A DNA stretch of 52,063 nucleotides, counting the filler, from Circinaria calcarea (Eukaryota), in assembly GCA_051942165.1 (NCBI GenBank). It is 3 parts of 3 records of this genome, joined end to end, with 100 filler letters (N's around TTAATTAATTAA, not from the genome) between each part and the next. Parts side by side here need not be neighbours in the genome. Positions count along the whole stretch, not along the records: positions 34,793 to 52,063 come from JAVECS010000277.1; 2 more parts are not named here. One strand, given 5' to 3'. Positions 46,745-52,063 of this stretch are shown piece after piece; position 1 is the first letter of the stretch, and each line of letters starts with the position of its first letter. Below the pieces are notes generated by a model. That model was given only the letters and a program-made list of their open reading frames with translations. It had not been told where the DNA came from and searched no databases. Made by a program: the position numbers and the translations under genes.

Positions 46745-49700
46745 ATGGCAGGCGTGGCGGCAGCAAATTTTCTTGGTCGCGGAAATGGAGGAAATCAGTC
46801 TTCTATGCGAGGGCTGGTTCAGTTCATCGCGGACCTACGGAATGCACGGGCCAGAGAACTGGAAGAGAAACGGATCAACAAAGAATTGGCCAACATCCGG
46901 CAGAAATTTCGAGAGGGGAACCTAAACGGATATCACAAGAAAAAATACGTTTGCAAGCTGCTGTACATATACATACTGGGATGGAAGGTCGACTTCGGGC
47001 ATCTGGAGGCCGTCAACCTAATTTCGGCCAACAAATACTCCGAGAAGCAGATTGGATATCTAGCTGTAACCCTCTTGCTACACGAGCAACATGAATTGTT
47101 GCATTTGGTCGTTAATAGTATCCGGAAGGACTTGCTGGATCATAATGAGCTGTTCAACTGCCTCGCGCTCCATGCGATTGCTAATGTTGGAGGACGGGAG
47201 ATGGGAGAAGCACTGAGCGGAGATGTACATAGGTTGCTCATATCACCGTGAGTCTCTAGCTATCCGGAATGAAAATCCACGCTGATATTTCGTAGCACTT
47301 CGAAAGCCTTTGTAAAGAAGAAAGCCGCTCTTACCCTACTACGCCTCTACAGAAAATACCCAGACATCGTGCAGCAGGAATGGGCGGAAAGGATGATATC
47401 ACTCATGGATGATCCTGACATGGGAGTGACTCTCTCGGTCACTTCTCTGATAATGGCACTGGCACAGGACCAACCAGAACAATACGTTGGCAGCTATGTC
47501 AAGGCTGCGCAGCGGCTGAAAAGGATAGTTGTGGATAATGAAATCGCATCCGACTATCTCTACTACAAAGTGCCTTGTCCTTGGATACAGGTCAAATTTT
47601 TGCGATTGCTCCAATACTTCCCTCCATCGGGTCAGCGACCACCACCCAGGACAGTGGAGAGCCGCTGCTAACGAGGTAACAGAAGATACGCATGTTCGAG
47701 ATCTCATTCGAGAGTCTCTTCAACAAATTCTTCACGAAGCCATGCTTATGCCGAAGAATGTGCAGCAAAACAACGCGCAGAACGCGGTACTTTTTGAAGC
47801 TATCAATCTTGTCATTCATCTCGATACCGAGAACGAGTTGATGATGCAGATCTCCTCAAGGCTAGGGAAATTCATACAATCAAGGGAGACCAATGTTAGG
47901 TATCTCGGGTTAGATGCCATGACCCATTTCGCGGCGCGCTCCGATACCCTGGACCCTATCAAGAAGCACCAAAGCATTATTTTAGGATCTCTTCGTGATC
48001 GAGATATAAGTGTCAGGCGAAAAGGGCTAGACTTGCTCTACAGCATGTGTGATGCTTCAAATTCGCAGCCGATTGTTAACGAACTATTGAAGTTCCTACA
48101 AACTGCAGACTTTGCCATACGGGAGGAGATGGTCCTCAAGATTGCTATTCTAACCGAGAAATACGCCACAGATGTTCAGTGGTATGTCGACATTTCACTA
48201 CGCCTGATCTCAATGGCCGGGGATCATGTGAGTGACGAAGTTTGGCACCGAGTGATCCAGATCGTCACGAACAACGAAGAACTGCAGGTATACGCAGCGC
48301 AAAACATCCTGGAATACTTGAAAAACGAGGTTTGTCATGAAACCCTCATCAAGATCGGAGGTTACCTACTGGGTGAGTTCGGTCATCTAATTGCAGACAC
48401 CAAGGGATGTAGCCCGATCGAACAGTTTCTTGCTGTGCAATCAAAGATGGACAATTGTGCGTCAAGTACTCGAGCCATCTTACTATCAACGTACGTTAAG
48501 TTTGTCAACCTTTTCCCCGAAATTAAACCCCAGATATTACACGTCTTTGGGGTGTTCAGTCGGGTGCTCGACTCGGAACTGCAGCAACGGGCCTGCGAGT
48601 ACCTTGCTTTAGCTAGTCTTCCTACAGACGATCTTCTGCGGACAGTATGCGATGAGATGCCTCCATTTCCAGAGCGTGCTTCCGCCTTGCTCTCGAGATT
48701 ACACTCGAAGCATGCCGGGACTAGCGACAAGAGAACATGGGTGATAGGTGGCAAAGATGCGAATTCTGATCCCAAGGAAATTTTGATGACGCAACAGACG
48801 GGCCTCAAACGCTCTTTTACTCCGACAACGAATGGATCGAATAGCTTACAGTCCCCTATGAATGGAGGGCAGAAGGCACTCACCAACGGCACCAATGGTA
48901 GCAATGGCATAGACGATTTAAAAGGTTTAGATCTGAATGACAGTTCGCCTATCAGCAGCAAGACACCCAAGACACCGAACTTTGCAAGCGCCGCGCACCT
49001 GAGTCCCGGCTGGGAACCTGGCTACAACCGGCTCCTGTTCGAAGATGAAGGTATTCTCTATCAGGACAGTCAATTACAGGTTGGGATCCGTTCGGAGTAT
49101 CGAGGATCGAAGGGCGTAGTGATCGTATACTTCACCAACCGATCATCATCCGCTATCAGCTCTTTCACTACAACGCTGGACAATAGATCTGCCAAGCAAC
49201 TGCAAATTGACAATAAAAACTTCCCGGACTCCACTATACAATCCGACGCACAAGCACAGCAAACCATCATGTTCGAAGCCAAGGCCGTCTTCTCGTCTCC
49301 ACCAACTATACGGATATCCTATTTAGCTGGCGCTCTACAAGCTCTCACGTTGCAGTTACCTGTAGTCGTACATAAATTCATGGATCCGGCCGAACTATCT
49401 TCCGACGACTTCTTTAAGCGTTGGCGACAGATCGGAGGCGCCCCGAGAGAGGCTCAACGAGTGTTTGGGCTTGTTAGCAATGGAGCTGCAATGGACGATT
49501 CCTTTACACATGGCACCGCTGAGAGGTTTAGGTGGGGGGTGCTAAAGGGGGTAGATCCCAACAAGAAGAACATTGTGGGAGCTAGCGTTTTACATACCAG
49601 TGAAGGCGGCAAGTTTGGCTGTCTACTCCGGCTGGAGCCAAATTACGAGACCTTGGTAAGATATCACTCCGACGAGACGGTTCTCCGTCAAAAAGCTAAC

Positions 49701-49813
49701 CGGACCGAACTTAGATGTATCGCATCACCATACGGGCGACAGACGAATCCGTCCCTCCCGTGCTGATGAAGCTCATGGAGGAAAAGTACTCGCTCGGCAT
49801 CGACCGAGGATGA
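46745..49813 (+). CDS. APL3: AP-2 adaptor complex alpha subunit
   Basis: MRGLVQFIADLRNAR..EEKRINKELANIR, KYSEKQIGYL, YYKVPCPW, ELQQRACEY, and an appendage domain ending GCLLRLEPN..MYRITIRA. Three introns. Confidence 0.96.
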
Positions 49814-51208
49814 ATTTGTTCATAAGAGGGAAGGAGCGGATTGAAATCGGGATATGTCTGGCGCACAACCTTTCGTCATGTTTAGCATCAGCGGCGTTTT
49901 TCTTTGCATTGATATATACCATGGCGGACTCTGGGAGGTGAATGGATATTCTATCCGGTTCGCGGTGGTAACTTGTTCATTCTATTCAAAAACTTTCACC
50001 GCTGAAGAAGTGTTATTTTTGTTTCTTTACAGAACACAGGTGAGAACGCGGCGATTGCCCTTTCGTCATTTTTTTCCCCCGGAAATTCATGAGCATCATG
50101 GCCAGCACTCGTTAGGTTTCTGGAAAGTGTCCTATCCGTTTCTTTCGGCCTGAAACTGGGAACTGGCAACTGGCAACTGGGACTAGGACCGGAACTGGAA
50201 CCGGACCCGTACCATGCATCCCCGAACTCCGTACCAGAGCTATGTAGACTGTGTAGAACTACGCGCGTAACACCCTCCCAGTCCCAGTCCCCAGCGTAGA
50301 AACGAGATCTCATCACCCGGATCACACGGGGTTCCCGAAATCTATACCATGCTTTATCGGGGTCGATTACACAGCCTTTAGCCCCTTAGACGTTTTTGGA
50401 TGCGCTTCGCCTCTTGCTCTCTTCACCCTTTCAGTTGACAAACTTCGGCCCTAAGGTCAACGGAACACGGCCGTACAACTCGGCGGAAATGGTAGATTGT
50501 CAACCCGACAGATTGTGGTAAACCTGCAAAAGATAACTTGTGGCCCATTTCTGCGTAAAGCTTTCCACTTTGATGGGTCGATTCAAGGTAAGGCAGCAAA
50601 GGTAAGGTCAAAATAGCATGTCATTAGTGTGTATTTTGTCGAGACAGGTGATATATGGAGATCATCTAACACTTAATCTTCTGTACCTAATATAGCAAAT
50701 ATCCGTATCGCGTGAGATGAGGGACAAGCCACCGTAATTATGTCCACCTTCAGGTGCGAGACCAAGGCAGCTCCAGCTTGGTTCTGGAAGAGCTCCAAGT
50801 GGAATAAGGTGGCGGCGTTTTGCTTCCGCGCTAGAGACTTTCCCCTCTTCTGCTTCGCTCTGTTTCCTCACGCTGCCCCCCTTCAGCTTCTCCATACTCT
50901 CCTTTCAACCCCTTCCTACATCCTCCTTGCTCGCTCTCACCTTCGTTGCTAGAAAGCTATAATCCATAGCCCTTGTCAAGCCTTTATAGGAGTTCAATCA
51001 AGAGAAGGGAGCCGATCATGGTTTTAGTATTGTTCTTGTATTCGACTCTACTTCCCTGCGCAATTTTTGACGTTGACGTGCCTATTTCATCTACTGCGGC
51101 TTCAGCATTGTTCCGCTACGTGTGTCTGAGCAGCTTCTTACTCTATGCGGAAAGCAAGAGTCGCCTCTAGTAAACTAATACTTATTTACTACATCCACCC
51201 AGAACATG

Positions 51209-52063
51209 TTATTTAGGCAAAAGCGCGAGTTTGACACCGTTCCGACTCTCAACTGTCATTGTAATCTTTTCCACGTACTGATAGACTTCATCCCTATTCT
51301 CGACTGATCGGAACTCCTGCGCAAACCTCACAAGCAAATAAGCCAGCTGCGTCAGCACTTGATTTTGAGCCGGACACATTCGGATTCCACCGAGGAATGG
51401 CTCATACTGCCATTTAGATTCCCATAAAGGCCGACCTTCGCTCCAGCGGTCGGGCTTAAATTCATCTGCGTCTGAACCCCAGATCTTGGGGTCGCGTTGA
51501 ACCGAATAAAGATCCATCTCGACCACCCGTCCCTTTGGTACGAAAATAGGAGATTGTCCATCGTGCCCACCTCCAGCTGGTAAGACCGTGTCTCGTAATG
51601 CGGTACGGCCGATCCGCGAAGCTGCGGGATGCAGGCGAAGAGACTCGTTGATAATTGACTTAGTTATCTTCAGCGATCGTACTAGCTCAAAGGTCAAGGG
51701 TTGAGAACCGAGGCAAAGAACTTCGGCGCGGAGCTTTTCCCATTCATGAGGATGGCGAACGAGTTCAAATATAATATCCGCAAAGGCTATAGCTGCTGTA
51801 TCCCGCGCAGGGAAAAAGACGTTGAGGATTTGGTTTCGTAAGTCATAAGGATCTTGAGTTGCCGTTGCCATCTCTTCCAAGAGAACGTATCTTTTTGATC
51901 CAACGCTGTTAGCATCTGTTGAGATGCTGCGTTGCCGGTTAAGGGCGATATCTACGTGCTTGTCCACGAAAGAATGCACTTTCTTATACGCTTTCTTCCA
52001 GCCAGGGTCAAGATAGAGGAAATATCGGAAAGGTCCAAAGATGAGCAGTAATGCAAGGCCTAG
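51209..52063 (-). CDS. Cytochrome P450, CYP52 clan (alkane/fatty-acid hydroxylase-like), 5' truncated
   Basis: LRNQILNVFFPARDT, INESLRLHP, RTALRDTVLPAGGGHDGQSPIFVPKG, FKPDRW and heme motif YEPFLGGIRMCPAQ. Confidence 0.9.
   Translation of the reverse strand, partial: LGLALLLIFGPFRYFLYLDPGWKKAYKKVHSFVDKHVDIALNRQRSISTDANSVGSKRYVLLEEMATATQDPYDLRNQILNVFFPARDTAAIAFADIIFELVRHPHEWEKLRAEVLCLGSQPLTFELVRSLKITKSIINESLRLHPAASRIGRTALRDTVLPAGGGHDGQSPIFVPKGRVVEMDLYSVQRDPKIWGSDADEFKPDRWSEGRPLWESKWQYEPFLGGIRMCPAQNQVLTQLAYLLVRFAQEFRSVENRDEVYQYVEKITMTVESRNGVKLALLPK

Noticed and set aside
50153..50210. Short degenerate (A)ACTGG(G/C) 6-7-bp tandem repeats
   Set aside because: Low-complexity minisatellite downstream of APL3 with no further structure.
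34793..52063. Extending the biosynthetic cluster across the second gap to include the hydrolase or the CYP52-like gene
   Set aside because: Separated by an artificial linker. Contig 3 does not continue the truncated membrane gene and is dominated by housekeeping genes.

Overview
Filamentous ascomycete (Pezizomycotina) nuclear DNA with short GT-AG introns. The window is not one continuous locus: it is three contigs (1-17305, 17406-34692, 34793-52063; 17305, 17287 and 17271 bp) joined by identical artificial 100-bp linkers (N44-TTAATTAATTAA-N44), with genes truncated at most contig ends. Contig 1 is mostly housekeeping (aldo-keto reductase, Pex14_N/Pex33-type peroxin, IES2, MMS22/Mus7, a Gag1/DUF4050-like gene). 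It also holds an intact 4-exon HNH-nuclease gene, a decayed DUF1295 pseudogene and a small PIGBOS1-like membrane-protein gene. Contig 2 is accessory: a tandem-WW pseudogene, a secondary-metabolite tailoring cluster without a visible backbone enzyme (two atypical P450s, a BBE-type FAD oxidase and an O-methyltransferase between two PTH11/rhodopsin-family membrane genes), and a nested direct/inverted repeat array with MITE-like structure. Contig 3 is housekeeping (DUF676-like hydrolase, HRI1, oxidoreductase-like protein, DPM3, SmgGDS/Bem4-like ARM protein, Cys-rich metallothionein-like protein, AP-2 alpha) and ends in a partial CYP52-clan P450. Family calls come from motif recognition by eye; no database searches were run.
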